Assembly (NCBI GenBank): GCA_041664285.1
Contig: JBAYLA010000001.1
Span: 68,889 to 132,888 of the forward strand
Length of the DNA: 64,000 nt
Source: Minisyncoccota bacterium
Lineage (GTDB): Bacteria > Patescibacteriota > Minisyncoccia > Phycocordibacterales > UBA9973
Direction of reading: 5' to 3'
The notes beneath the pieces were generated by a model. That model was given only the letters and a program-made list of their open reading frames with translations, was not told where the DNA came from and made no database searches. The position numbers were made by a program, and so were the translations under genes. The stretch's first letter is position 1; each line of letters begins with the position of its first letter. Of this stretch, positions 47,157-57,987 are shown piece after piece.

Positions 47157-47705
47157 ATGGACATGAAACTAGTAGTTGGTTTAGGAAATCCAGGAGAAGA
47201 TTATGAAAACACCAGACATAATACTGGGCGAATTTTAGTTGAAATGATTGAGAAAAAACTCGACAAAGAAAACAGCAAGCAAAAGATAAAATTTATCACC
47301 CCTGATACTTTCATGAATAATTCTGGAAAAGCCGTAGCCCCTTTAATAAAAACAAAAAAAGATTTAAAAGATTTAGTGATAATTTATGATGATATTGATT
47401 TGCCACTTGGAAAAATGAAAATTTCTTTTAACCGATCTTCTGGTGGACATAATGGATTGGGTTCAGTTATTAAACATTTAAAATCTGAAGAATTTTTACG
47501 TATCAGAATTGGTATTTCTCCATCAACTCCGAAAGGAGTAGTAAAAAAACCAAAAGGAGAGAAAGCAGTTTTAAAATTTTTGCTTGGTGAATACAAAAAA
47601 TCAGAGTTAGAAACTCTAAAGAAATTATCTAAAAAAGTCGCCGAAGCAGTGGAAATAATATTCTTGGAAGGCTCAGGTAAGGCTATGAGTATATTTAATA
47701 ATTAA
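47157..47705 (+). CDS. pth: peptidyl-tRNA hydrolase
   Basis: MKLVVGLGNPGEDYENTRHNTG signature. Start set at the ATG following a tattat box. Confidence 0.85.
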   Translation: MDMKLVVGLGNPGEDYENTRHNTGRILVEMIEKKLDKENSKQKIKFITPDTFMNNSGKAVAPLIKTKKDLKDLVIIYDDIDLPLGKMKISFNRSSGGHNGLGSVIKHLKSEEFLRIRIGISPSTPKGVVKKPKGEKAVLKFLLGEYKKSELETLKKLSKKVAEAVEIIFLEGSGKAMSIFNN

Positions 47706-47750
47706 AAGCAATGCCTACCCGCCCTTGGCGGGAGTTTGTATAATTAAATA

Positions 47751-50700
47751 TTAAATCTCTTTTACTGCCTCGATGATGATGCTTTTTTCGCCGTTTTTAT
47801 TGGAGACTTTACCCGAGAGAGCTATGCATTTTTCTGGAACTAGGACATCTATGCATTCTTTAAAAATAGAAGGGAAAACAACAACTTCTATTGAGTCTGT
47901 TAGGTCAGCAATTTTCAAAAATGCCATACGTTCATTATTTTTTGTGACTACTTGTCTGACTGTTTCTATTATTCCAGCAATAGTTATTTGCATACCATTA
48001 CTAAATTCTTCTTTTATTTTTTTTATATTAACTGTTCTTTTTTCAAGCTTTTCTCGTAAGCGGTCAAGCGGATGGCCGGAAATATAAAGTCCTAAAAGTT
48101 CTTTTTCCCAAAGTAATTTTTCTGCTTGAGTTGCTTCTTTTCCTTTTTGTAATTTAAATTCTGGAGCTTTAATGGAAACTTCACCACCAAAAAGAGAAAC
48201 TTGATTTTCATTTTGTTTAGAATTTTCGTGATTATATTCAAGCATAGCCTCTAAATTCATGAGAAGTATTCCACGATCGCTCCAATCATCCATACATCCT
48301 GACTTGATTAATGCTTCCATTGATTTTTTATTTAAATTTTTGTGTTTAATTCTATCCAAGAAATCAGTAATTGATTTAAATTTTCCGTTTAATTTTCTTT
48401 CAGAAATAATTGCGTCAGAGATATCTGTTCCTAAGTTTTTAATAGTATAAAATCCAAATCTGATTTTCTCGCTTTTATTTTGAATGTTTATTTCTGTATC
48501 TTTTTCGTGTGGCAGGCAAGTAAAACCCCCATAACTTTCATTAATATTTGGAGGAAGAATTGGGATGTTCATCTTTTTGCACTCTTCTATGATAGTAGAT
48601 ATTTTTTCTACATCACCGGATTCAGCGGTCAGGATTGAAGCCATATATTCCACAGGGTAATGTGCTTTCATATAAGCTGTTTGATAGGCGACCTTACCAT
48701 ACGATGCTGCGTGTGCTTTATTGAAACCATAAGCTTGAAATGGTTCAAAAAGTTTCCAGAGTTTTTCGGCGAACTCCGGTGTTTGGCCATTGGTTATGAT
48801 GCCTTTTGTAAACTTTTCTCTCTGAGCGGCCATTTCTTTTGGAATTTTTTTACCGACAGCCTTACGAAATTTATCTGCTTCTTCCCAGTTGTAGCCAGCA
48901 AGTTCTATTGCAGAGAAAAGTAAATCATCTTGATAAACAATTAACCCATATGATTCTTCTAAGAATTTTTTCATTCGCGGATCTAAATATTTCACCAGTT
49001 TGGAGTTATGTTTACGTTTAATATATTCTGGAATCGATTCCATTGGACCCGGACGATAAAGTGCGACCATTGCATTTATGTCATGAATAGAAGTAGGTTT
49101 TAATTCTTTTAGAAATCTTGTCATTCCACTTCCATTTAATTGAAACAAACCTTCTGTTTGACCATTGGCCAAAAGTTCAAAAGTTTTTTTGTCATTAAGG
49201 GGGATACGTTCTATGTCTATATTTATATTGTAGAATTTTTTGACTAAAGTTATTGCATCGGAGAGAATAGCTAAATTTCTAATTCCCAGAAAGTCGAATT
49301 TAAGCAATCCTGCATCCTCAGCGCTATACATATCATATTGGGTAATTATCTTTCCACCCTTAGGGTCAAATTGAGTGGGCATGTATTCATAAATTGGATG
49401 GGGGGCGATAACCACCCCAGCAGCATGCACCGAAATGTGTCTAACACAGCCTTCTAATTTTTTTGCTAAATCTATTATTTCTCTGGTGTCTTTTTCTTTT
49501 TGATATGCATCTTTCAATTCTGACACTATTTCCATTGCATGGTCTATCGTCATGGGCATACCCTGTGAACCTAGTGGAATCATTTTTGAAATTCTATCTC
49601 CAATAGCATAAGGATGAGCCAGGGCTCGAGCGACATCACGGATGGCACCCCTTGCCATCATCGTGCCGAAAGTTCCAATCTGAGCAACTTTATCTTCACC
49701 ATATTTTCTTTTTACATATTCAATCATTTCATCACGTCTATTGTCGGCATAGTCCATGTCGATGTCGGGAGGGGAAGGACGAAATGGATTTAAAAATCTT
49801 TCAAAGGGAAGCTTGTACTCAATTGGGTTTATGTTGGTGATACCTAAAAGATAAGTAACCATTGATCCCGCAACTGAACCTCGAATGGCGCTTAAAATAC
49901 CATTTTCTTTGGCGTAACGAAGTAGATCACCGACCACTAAGAAATATGGAGAATATCCCTTTTCGCAAATAATTTTTAATTCGTATTCTATTCGTTCTTT
50001 AATTTCTAGAGTTTCTTTTATTTCCAGTCTTTTAAATCCAGCATAAGTAAGTTCGCGTAGTTTTTCATCATAAGTTTTTCCATCTTCTATTTTAAAATCA
50101 GGGAAGACCCAACGACCCAATTTTAATTCTAAATTACATAAATCTGCAATTTTTGCTGTATTAGTAATGGCTTCTGGTATATCTTTAAAAAATTCTTGTG
50201 CTTGCTTTGTGTCTATAAAAGAATAGTCATCATCACCAAAAGAAAATTTATTTTCATCTTTTATGTCGGAGTTGGTTTGGATAGCTAGTAATGTTTCGTG
50301 TGCTTTACTATCTTCAGCACAAGGATAGTGTGAATCAATCGTGGCAACTAGCTGAATGTTAAATTTTTTACTCAATTTGATTATACCTTTACGTACTTCT
50401 TCATCGTCTGGTACTGTTGGATGTTTCATTATTTCTAAAAAATAATTTTCTTTACCAAAAATTTCCTGATGTTCAATTATTATTTTTTCAGCTTTTTCTT
50501 CGTCTTTGTTGGCCAGGGCGCGGGAAAGTTCTCCACCCAAACATCCAGAAAGTGCTATGATGCCCTCAGAATATTTTCTCAATATTTCTTTATCCATTCG
50601 AGGTTTATAATAAAATCCTTCTAAATGAGAAATTGTTACCAGTCTCATTAAATTTTTGTAACCGACAATATCTTTTGCCAGTAAAGTAAGGTGGTATCTT

Positions 50701-50969
50701 TTATTATCTATACCGGGATCTTTATCAAGTCTGCCACGGTTTGAGATGTAAGCTTCTACGCCAATAATTGGTTTAATTCCGGCTTTTTTAGCTAATTTAT
50801 AAAATTCAATAGCTCCATACATGTTGCCATGGTCCGTTAGAGCCATAGCTTCCATCCCTCTCTTTTTTGCTAAATCAACTAAATCTTCAAGCTTAGAAAG
50901 CCCATCTAGTAACGAATAGTGAGAGTGGGTATGGAGGTGAATGAATTGTACTTTTTTGTTTTCTGGCAT
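47751..50969 (-). CDS. dnaE: DNA polymerase III alpha subunit
   Basis: PHP domain HLHTHSHYSLLDG, 1072 aa, with the polymerase core and a C-terminal OB fold. Confidence 0.9.
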   Translation of the reverse strand: MPENKKVQFIHLHTHSHYSLLDGLSKLEDLVDLAKKRGMEAMALTDHGNMYGAIEFYKLAKKAGIKPIIGVEAYISNRGRLDKDPGIDNKRYHLTLLAKDIVGYKNLMRLVTISHLEGFYYKPRMDKEILRKYSEGIIALSGCLGGELSRALANKDEEKAEKIIIEHQEIFGKENYFLEIMKHPTVPDDEEVRKGIIKLSKKFNIQLVATIDSHYPCAEDSKAHETLLAIQTNSDIKDENKFSFGDDDYSFIDTKQAQEFFKDIPEAITNTAKIADLCNLELKLGRWVFPDFKIEDGKTYDEKLRELTYAGFKRLEIKETLEIKERIEYELKIICEKGYSPYFLVVGDLLRYAKENGILSAIRGSVAGSMVTYLLGITNINPIEYKLPFERFLNPFRPSPPDIDMDYADNRRDEMIEYVKRKYGEDKVAQIGTFGTMMARGAIRDVARALAHPYAIGDRISKMIPLGSQGMPMTIDHAMEIVSELKDAYQKEKDTREIIDLAKKLEGCVRHISVHAAGVVIAPHPIYEYMPTQFDPKGGKIITQYDMYSAEDAGLLKFDFLGIRNLAILSDAITLVKKFYNINIDIERIPLNDKKTFELLANGQTEGLFQLNGSGMTRFLKELKPTSIHDINAMVALYRPGPMESIPEYIKRKHNSKLVKYLDPRMKKFLEESYGLIVYQDDLLFSAIELAGYNWEEADKFRKAVGKKIPKEMAAQREKFTKGIITNGQTPEFAEKLWKLFEPFQAYGFNKAHAASYGKVAYQTAYMKAHYPVEYMASILTAESGDVEKISTIIEECKKMNIPILPPNINESYGGFTCLPHEKDTEINIQNKSEKIRFGFYTIKNLGTDISDAIISERKLNGKFKSITDFLDRIKHKNLNKKSMEALIKSGCMDDWSDRGILLMNLEAMLEYNHENSKQNENQVSLFGGEVSIKAPEFKLQKGKEATQAEKLLWEKELLGLYISGHPLDRLREKLEKRTVNIKKIKEEFSNGMQITIAGIIETVRQVVTKNNERMAFLKIADLTDSIEVVVFPSIFKECIDVLVPEKCIALSGKVSNKNGEKSIIIEAVKEI

Positions 50970-51013
50970 TTTTATGATTATACACTTTTTTTAATTTTTG
51001 GTATAATTAAATT

Positions 51014-52039
51014 ATGAAAAAAATACGAGTGGGCATTAATGGTTTTGGGAGAATTGGTAGAGCTTTTTTAAAAATTGCTTGGGATAGACCAGAAATTGAA
51101 ATTGTGGCAGTGAATGATTTGGGGGATATTGCCAATATGGCTTATTTGCTGAAATACGATACAGTTTATCGACAATGGAATCATGTCATTAAAACAGAAG
51201 AGGGGTTTTTGGTAATTGATGGTAAGAAAATAAAAATTTTAGCCCAGAAAGATCCGAGTGTTCTTCCTTGGAAAGGTTTGGAAGTGGATGTGGTAGTAGA
51301 ATCGACTGGACTTTTCACCACTTATGAAAAAGCAAAAGTGCACTTAGATGCAGGCGCTAAAAAAGTTGTTATTTCTGCACCGGCTAAGGACGAAGATGGT
51401 GTAGTGAAAGGGGAAACAATCTTACTCGGTGTAAATGAAGAAAAATTTGGTACTTGCGATATTACTTCCAATGCGTCTTGCACGACTAATGCAGCTTCAC
51501 CACTGATTGCAATTTTAGATGAAACTCTTGGAATTGAAAAAGCACTTTTAAATACTGTACACGGATATACTGCCAGTCAGTCGATTGTGGATGGTCCAAA
51601 TAAAAAGGATTTTCGTGAAGGTCGCGCAGCCGCACAAAATATTGTACCGTCTTCGACTGGCGCAGCTATCGCCGTAACTAAAGCATTTCCAAAACTCTCT
51701 GGGCTTTTTGATGGTATTGCTATCCGGGTACCAGTACCAGCGGGGTCAATGGTAGATATTACTTTTATTTCTAAAAAAGATACCAATGCAAAAGAAGTGA
51801 ACGAGATTCTCAAACAAGCGTCCAAAGACAAAAGATGGAAAACTATTTTTAATGTGACTGACGAGTGTCTTGTTTCTAGTGATATTCTAGGAAGTCATTA
51901 TGGATGTATAGTTGATTTGAAAATGACTCGAGTGGTTGGAGGTAATTTGATTAAAGTAATGGGTTGGTATGACAACGAAATGGGATATACTCATACCCTT
52001 GTTGAACACGTAGTTAAGACAGGTAATACTATAAAGTAA
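51014..52039 (+). CDS. gap: glyceraldehyde-3-phosphate dehydrogenase
   Basis: INGFGRIGR and SNASCTTNA (catalytic Cys). Confidence 0.9.
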   Translation: MKKIRVGINGFGRIGRAFLKIAWDRPEIEIVAVNDLGDIANMAYLLKYDTVYRQWNHVIKTEEGFLVIDGKKIKILAQKDPSVLPWKGLEVDVVVESTGLFTTYEKAKVHLDAGAKKVVISAPAKDEDGVVKGETILLGVNEEKFGTCDITSNASCTTNAASPLIAILDETLGIEKALLNTVHGYTASQSIVDGPNKKDFREGRAAAQNIVPSSTGAAIAVTKAFPKLSGLFDGIAIRVPVPAGSMVDITFISKKDTNAKEVNEILKQASKDKRWKTIFNVTDECLVSSDILGSHYGCIVDLKMTRVVGGNLIKVMGWYDNEMGYTHTLVEHVVKTGNTIK

Positions 52040-52061
52040 TTTGTTGTAGTATATTTAATAT

Positions 52062-52250
52062 ATGTTCATGATTATTTTTAAAATTTGGTATACAGTAGCT
52101 GTTTTACCTTTTTTTATCTTTCTTGCAGGGAGTAAAAAGTTCGCAAAATTTTTAAAGGAAAAGAACATATATATGTACTGGGATCTTTGGCATTCTTATG
52201 TTGTTCTTTTGATTGTTATAGTTATTATTTTGTGGTTGAATGGATTCTAA
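52062..52250 (+). CDS. small hypothetical membrane protein
   Basis: 62 aa with 2 TM helices; weak. Confidence 0.2.
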   Translation: MFMIIFKIWYTVAVLPFFIFLAGSKKFAKFLKEKNIYMYWDLWHSYVVLLIVIVIILWLNGF

Positions 52251-52381
52251 AATTTACTCAAGAATATTTAAATTATTATAAGTAAATTTTTTATGTTAAA
52301 ATAAATTTATTACTTGTCCCGTTAGAAATTCAACAAAAGGGACATAAAAATAGAAAATTATTAATTAAAATTTTTAATGGG

Positions 52382-52858
52382 ATGAAAATATATATTGGCA
52401 CAGATCACGCAGGGTATGTTTTAAAACAAGCACTTGTTGCTTATTTAAAAGGGCAAGGATATGAAGTTATAGACAAAGGTGCTTTTGAATATAATGAAGA
52501 TGATGATTATCCAGATTTTGTTGCTCCAGTAGCGCGAGAGATTTCTAAAGATCCGGACAATTCGAAAGGTATTATTCTTGGTGGTACTGGTCAAGGAGAA
52601 GCAATTACGGCTAATAGATTTCCACATGTTCGAGCTATTGTTTATTACGGTAGAGTGAAACCAGTAGTAGAAAATGAGTCAGGTATTTTAATTAGATCTA
52701 GAGAGCATAATAATGCTAATATTATTTCTTTGGGGGCTAGATACTTTACAGAAGAAAGCATGATAGAAGTAGTTAATTTTTGGCTGAAAGCTCCGTATAG
52801 TGGAGACGAAAGACATGTGCGTCGTTTAGCAAAAATAGATGCTCTTAAAATAGACTAA
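52382..52858 (+). CDS. rpiB: ribose-5-phosphate isomerase B
   Basis: MKIYIGTDHAGYVLKQAL is the RpiB/LacAB family N-terminus. Confidence 0.8.
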   Translation: MKIYIGTDHAGYVLKQALVAYLKGQGYEVIDKGAFEYNEDDDYPDFVAPVAREISKDPDNSKGIILGGTGQGEAITANRFPHVRAIVYYGRVKPVVENESGILIRSREHNNANIISLGARYFTEESMIEVVNFWLKAPYSGDERHVRRLAKIDALKID

Positions 52859-52860
52859 TT

Positions 52861-53559
52861 ATGGCTCTTATAGTTCCAGCAATTTTAGAAAAAGATTTTA
52901 GGGAAATAAAAAACAAACTTACTTTTTTACGCGGACTAACGAAGTGTGTGCAAATAGACTTTTGTGATGGTGTTTATGTTTCAAGTCAAACTTGGCCTTT
53001 TACTTCTGGTGGTTTTGATGATGCCGATTTTCTTAAAATTATGAATGAAGAAGAGGGGATGCCGTACTGGGAAGATTTTGATTTTGAATTTGATTTAATG
53101 GTGGCAGACGCGGTTGAGAATTTTAACGTTTACATGAAATTAGGACCGAAGAGAATTATTTTTCACTTAGGGGCACAGAAAAATCTTGAAGAATTTGAAC
53201 ATTTTTTAGAAGGGTTAGATATGTATATACGAGATAATGTAGAAATAGGTCTTGCTTTCAAGCCTAGTGATGATTTATCTATTGTGTCTAGGCTTTCTCA
53301 TAAAGTGGATTTCTTGCAATGTATGGGTTCTGATAAGATTGGTATTCAGGGGGAGACTTTTTCTGATAAAGCTTTAGAAGATATAAAATTTCTAAAAAAA
53401 GAATTACCAGGAATTGTAATATCTGTAGATATTGGTGTTAGTTTAGAGAATGTAAAAAATATCTTAGAGGCTGGTACAGATAGACTTGCTGTGGGTTCTA
53501 GTATTTGGAAAAGTCCGGATCCAATTGGTGCGCTCCAAGATTTTCAAAGTTTAGTATAA
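52861..53559 (+). CDS. rpe: ribulose-phosphate 3-epimerase-like TIM-barrel protein (divergent)
   Basis: IVPAILEKDF...VQIDFCDGVYV parallels Rpe IAPSILSADF...IHVDVMDGHFVPN. Confidence 0.55.
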   Translation: MALIVPAILEKDFREIKNKLTFLRGLTKCVQIDFCDGVYVSSQTWPFTSGGFDDADFLKIMNEEEGMPYWEDFDFEFDLMVADAVENFNVYMKLGPKRIIFHLGAQKNLEEFEHFLEGLDMYIRDNVEIGLAFKPSDDLSIVSRLSHKVDFLQCMGSDKIGIQGETFSDKALEDIKFLKKELPGIVISVDIGVSLENVKNILEAGTDRLAVGSSIWKSPDPIGALQDFQSLV

Positions 53560-53567
53560 TCAATATA

Positions 53568-54410
53568 ATGTTACTTACTGATGAAAAAATTTCAGAGCTA
53601 AAAGAGAAAGCAAACGATATTCGGATATCTATTATTGAAATGTTAGTAGAAGCTAAGTCTGGGCATACGGCTGGATCTCTTGGCATGGCGGATATTTTTA
53701 CACTTTTTTATTTTCATATTTTAAAACAAGATCCTAAAAATCCATCTTGGGAGGAACGAGATAGAGTAGTACTTAGCAATGGTCATATTTGTCCAGTTCT
53801 TTATGCAACCATGGCGCATGCGGAGTATTTTCCGGTGGAAGAATTGAAAACTTTAAGAAAATTCGGGACTCGACTTCAAGGTCATCCGCATCGAGAATAT
53901 TTGCCCTATGTGGAGACATCTTCTGGTCCGCTTGGTTCGGGCTTATCGCAAGCTGTTGGTATGGCACTTGCGGATAAAATGAATAAAAAAGACAAAGATA
54001 GATTTATATATTGTTTTATGTCTGATGGTGAACTTGATGAAGGAAATACTTGGGAAGCAGTCATGCTAGCAGGGAAAAATAAACTAAGAAATTTAATAGC
54101 TATTATTGATAGAAACAATATTCAAATTGAGGGAATGACAGAAGAGGTGATGCCTCTTGAACCGTTACATAGTAAATGGAAATCTTTTAACTGGCATGTG
54201 ATAGAAGTTTCTGGTCATAATTTTAATTCCTTAAATGAAGTTATAGAAGAAGCTCAAGCAATTAAAGATAAACCGACTGTTATTATTGCGCATACTATCC
54301 CTGGTAAAGGAGTTAAAGAATTTGAGAAAAATTATAAATGGCACGGTAAAGCCCCAAATAAAGAAGAAGGGGAGATGGCGATAGAAGAATTAAGAAATTA
54401 CAGGCCTTAG
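53568..54410 (+). CDS. transketolase, N-terminal (TPP-binding) subunit of split enzyme
   Basis: SGHTAGSLGMADIF and GHPHREY... Start at the ATG after the rpe stop. Confidence 0.85.
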   Translation: MLLTDEKISELKEKANDIRISIIEMLVEAKSGHTAGSLGMADIFTLFYFHILKQDPKNPSWEERDRVVLSNGHICPVLYATMAHAEYFPVEELKTLRKFGTRLQGHPHREYLPYVETSSGPLGSGLSQAVGMALADKMNKKDKDRFIYCFMSDGELDEGNTWEAVMLAGKNKLRNLIAIIDRNNIQIEGMTEEVMPLEPLHSKWKSFNWHVIEVSGHNFNSLNEVIEEAQAIKDKPTVIIAHTIPGKGVKEFEKNYKWHGKAPNKEEGEMAIEELRNYRP

Positions 54411-54435
54411 GTTTTAGGCATTAGCAAAGAATCAA

Positions 54436-55434
54436 ATGTTAAATCCAAAATTAAAATTAAATCCAAAAATTTTCAACAATGACGTGGAGCAAGCCCCGAT
54501 CCGTAAAGGTTTCGGACAAGGTTTAGTGGAGGCGGGGGAAATAGATTCTAATGTTGTCGGGCTTAGTGCTGATTTAACAGAGAGCACACAGATGAATTTA
54601 TTTGCGGATAAATTTAGAGAGAGATTTGTGCAAGTCGGAGTGGCTGAACAAAATTTAGTAACCGTGGCTTCAGGGATGGCAGCAATGGGGAAGATTCCTT
54701 TTTGTTCTTCTTATGCGATGTTCTCACCAGGGAGAAATTGGGAGCAAATTAGGACAACTATATCTTACAATAACCAGAAAGTCGTAATGGCGGGTTCACA
54801 TTCAGGGGTTTCTGTTGGTCCCGATGGGGGATCACATCAAGCCTTAGAAGATATTGCTTTAATGCGAGTGATGCCAAATATGGATGTTGTTTCTCCCTGC
54901 GATGCTATTGAAGCAAAAAAAGCAACTTTAGCTGTTGCTAAAACAAGTAATCCTGCGTATTTACGGCTAGTTCGCGAGAAAACTCCTATCATTACTACAG
55001 AAGAAACTCCTTTTGCCTTAGGTAAAGCCGAAATTTATTGGATGCCAGATGTTGGACTTGCCCAAGTGGGGATAATTGTTACTGGTGGGTTGATGCATCG
55101 TGCATTGCTTGCTGCGAAAGAATTGGAAGCGGAGGGCATAAAAACAAAAGTGATGAATTTATCTTCTATTAAACCAATGGACAAAGATGCTGTGATTGCT
55201 CTCGCCAAAGAATGTAAAAAAATTGTAACTGTTGAAGAACACCAGATTGCTGGTGGAATGGGTTCGGCTGTGGCAGAAGTTTTTGCAGCGAACTATCCAA
55301 TCATGATAGAATTTGTCGGAGTTCAAGATAAATTTGGTCAATCTGGCACCCCAAACGAACTGATTGAACATTATGGTATGGGTAAAAATTCTATTAAAGA
55401 AGCTGTGAAGAAAGTGTTAAAAAGGAAAATCTAA
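54436..55434 (+). CDS. transketolase, C-terminal (pyrimidine-binding) subunit
   Basis: Pyr and C-terminal domains, with FVQVGVAEQNLV and GSHSGVSVGPDGGSHQ. Confidence 0.85.
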   Translation: MLNPKLKLNPKIFNNDVEQAPIRKGFGQGLVEAGEIDSNVVGLSADLTESTQMNLFADKFRERFVQVGVAEQNLVTVASGMAAMGKIPFCSSYAMFSPGRNWEQIRTTISYNNQKVVMAGSHSGVSVGPDGGSHQALEDIALMRVMPNMDVVSPCDAIEAKKATLAVAKTSNPAYLRLVREKTPIITTEETPFALGKAEIYWMPDVGLAQVGIIVTGGLMHRALLAAKELEAEGIKTKVMNLSSIKPMDKDAVIALAKECKKIVTVEEHQIAGGMGSAVAEVFAANYPIMIEFVGVQDKFGQSGTPNELIEHYGMGKNSIKEAVKKVLKRKI

Positions 55435-56432
55435 ATTTTTTTCGCTTTGTAATCTGCTGGGGCGTTTTTGAGATATTCTTCAATTTTTTCTTTTGAGAGA
55501 AGACCTTTTTGAGCGCCAACTTCTTGAACCACAGACATAGAATTGATTGGTCCCCAAGTAAAGGCTTCTAAGGGAGTTTTACCTAAAGCTAATGCTGCTA
55601 CAAAAGTAGAGGAGAAAGCATCTCCGGCGCCAGTTCGGTCTAAGGGGGGAGCGATGTCAGGATAAATAGGAATATGCCAAAGTTCATTATTCAAATAGAG
55701 ATAAGCACCTTTTGGTCCATCACTGATAACAACTATCTTTGGACCTAAGGTATTAATTCCTTTTGATAAGGTTAGAATATCTTTACTTTTTATCTTTAAA
55801 ATTATTTCTGCTTCTTCGACATTGCAAAAGAATATTTCTGTTTTTTGGTAAATATTTTTTAATGCTTCTGTGCCAAATTTTATTTGAAAAGTTCCAGGCT
55901 GGAAAGCGAGTTTGGTATTAGGATAACTTTGTAAATATTTTGATATCTCATCGTGATACTCTAAAGAATTTTCAGCCATTGAACTTAAATAAACCCAATT
56001 TGCTTCTTTTAATTTTGGAAATTCATAATTAAATTTTGTATGTTTGATTAAAATTGTTCGGTCAACGTTATACCAGAGAACATAATGATAATTCGTAATT
56101 TTATCTTTTTCTGTTACTACGTAATCCGTTATAACTTTATCTTTGTTCAAGCTTTCTAGGCAATCTTTTCCATGTTTATCATCTCCAATGTGAGTAATAA
56201 TAGCAGAACGTAAACCTAGTCGAGCAGAAGACACAACAGCGTTGGGGCTGTTGCCGACTGCTGGAATTACAGTTACTGATTCATAAGGCACCTTATCTCC
56301 GAAACGTACACATAGCTCAAGGGTGCCATGATTTACCAATTCTTCTGCGTCTTTTAGTTTAATAAATGCGTCTATCACTATATCCCCAATTGCTAAGAAA
56401 TCTATTTTTTCTTTGTTTTCATTTTCGCTCAT
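55431..56432 (-). CDS. PfkB-family carbohydrate kinase (ribokinase-like)
   Basis: DRTGAGDAFSSTF is PfkB signature 2, and the N-terminal GG-containing signature 1 region is present. Confidence 0.75.
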   Translation of the reverse strand: MSENENKEKIDFLAIGDIVIDAFIKLKDAEELVNHGTLELCVRFGDKVPYESVTVIPAVGNSPNAVVSSARLGLRSAIITHIGDDKHGKDCLESLNKDKVITDYVVTEKDKITNYHYVLWYNVDRTILIKHTKFNYEFPKLKEANWVYLSSMAENSLEYHDEISKYLQSYPNTKLAFQPGTFQIKFGTEALKNIYQKTEIFFCNVEEAEIILKIKSKDILTLSKGINTLGPKIVVISDGPKGAYLYLNNELWHIPIYPDIAPPLDRTGAGDAFSSTFVAALALGKTPLEAFTWGPINSMSVVQEVGAQKGLLSKEKIEEYLKNAPADYKAKKI

Positions 56433-56472
56433 GATATTATTGTAGCATATTATAAAATATTAAAAAATCGTA

Positions 56473-57924
56473 ATGTCTAAAAAATTAATTTTAGTTCTGG
56501 GATTAGTTTTTTTCTTTTTAGGGGCTAATTTGGCAAAAGCGGATGTAATTATAAATGAAATTCAAATAAATCCCACCGAAGGAAGATTTATAGAACTTTA
56601 TAATGGAAATAGCTCAGAAGTTGATTTAACTGATTGGTATATTCAAAGAAAAACCGCGACTGGAAGTGATTTTGGGTCTTTAGTTTCCAAAACATATTTT
56701 GAGAATAAGACGATTGAGGCTGGTGGTTATTTTTTAATTTCCAAAAATACAATAGAAAATGCTGATATTGTTCTAGGTAGTTTAACTCTTACAGAATCAA
56801 ATACAATTCAATTAAAAAATGGAAACCAAGAAGTAGTAGATAAAGTTGGTTGGGGAAGCGGGGAATCTTCTGTGGGTGATAATCCTGCTGAAGGACAAAG
56901 TATCCAAAAAACTGAAAGTGGTTCCTGGATATCTTCGATTCCGACACCCGGAACAGCAAATGAAACAAATGCAATTCCTTCACCAACATCTTCCACTGAC
57001 GCTAACAGTGTCAGTTCTCTTACTAGTAGCACTAGTTCTTCTAGTAGTATTTCTTCATCTAGTACAAATACTACAGAAATAAAAACAAAAGCAATTGAAA
57101 ATCCTACTATGAAAGTAAAAATTTTAACGGGCACTCTAGCTTTTACGGGGCAACCTTTTGAAATACAAACTAGTGTTACAGGTTTTTTAAATGAAAAAGT
57201 TGTTCTAGGTAAAGCTTATTGGAATTTTGGTGACGGTAGTTCCTTTGAACAAATAAATAATTTTGAAAAGTTTTCCCATATTTATTATTATCCAGGTGAA
57301 TATATTCTCTTTTTAGAATATTATCGAAATAATTTTTCAAAAGTTCCAGAAGCGACAACCAAAACAACAATTAAAGTTTTACCCACGACTGTTTCTATTT
57401 CTAAGGTTGGAGATGCAAAAGATTTTTTTATTGAACTTTCGAATAATGCTAGTTCAGATATGGATATTTCTAATTGGGTTATTAAAGCAAGCGGAAAAGT
57501 TTTTATTTTACCTAAAAATAGTATCATTATGTCTAAAAAACAAATGACTATTTCTAGTAAAATAACAGGTTTTTCCTATGGTGATCAATTTAACTTGAAG
57601 CTTTATTCAGGAACAGATGAATTGATTTTTGATTATTCATCTTCTCTTGTTTTAGCAAAAACACATAGAATGGCTTCATCGACTCTTTCTTCGATTCCTC
57701 CCATTGATGAGGGAGAGACGCCAAAGGTAGAAAGGCTATTTTCTGATGTTACGCAAGCTTCAGCTATTTCTAGCGGAGTAATGGATAGTAATATAAATAA
57801 TTCATATTTACCTATATTGGGATCAATTATTTTTATTGGAGCTTCGGCTTCCGCCGTTTATTTTATTCGTCGAAAAAAAATTTCAAGAGAAGAAGCGAAT
57901 GACTTTGAAATTTTAGACGAATAA
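56473..57924 (+). CDS. surface protein with lamin-tail domains (LTD) and C-terminal TM anchor
   Basis: Signal peptide. VIINEIQINPTEGRFIELYNGNSSEVDLTDWYI is the LTD pattern, with a second LTD-like segment at FFIELSNNASSDMDISNWVI. A Ser/Thr linker is followed by a C-terminal TM and RRKK tail. Confidence 0.55.
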   Translation: MSKKLILVLGLVFFFLGANLAKADVIINEIQINPTEGRFIELYNGNSSEVDLTDWYIQRKTATGSDFGSLVSKTYFENKTIEAGGYFLISKNTIENADIVLGSLTLTESNTIQLKNGNQEVVDKVGWGSGESSVGDNPAEGQSIQKTESGSWISSIPTPGTANETNAIPSPTSSTDANSVSSLTSSTSSSSSISSSSTNTTEIKTKAIENPTMKVKILTGTLAFTGQPFEIQTSVTGFLNEKVVLGKAYWNFGDGSSFEQINNFEKFSHIYYYPGEYILFLEYYRNNFSKVPEATTKTTIKVLPTTVSISKVGDAKDFFIELSNNASSDMDISNWVIKASGKVFILPKNSIIMSKKQMTISSKITGFSYGDQFNLKLYSGTDELIFDYSSSLVLAKTHRMASSTLSSIPPIDEGETPKVERLFSDVTQASAISSGVMDSNINNSYLPILGSIIFIGASASAVYFIRRKKISREEANDFEILDE

Positions 57925-57987
57925 AAACAACGTATTTAAAGCTTTGAAATAAAGGTTTTTTTTGCTAGAATAAAAATTAGGCATAAA

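Noticed and set aside
47773-49840. Several 60-104-aa plus-strand ORFs
   Set aside because: Antisense to the well-conserved dnaE reading frame.
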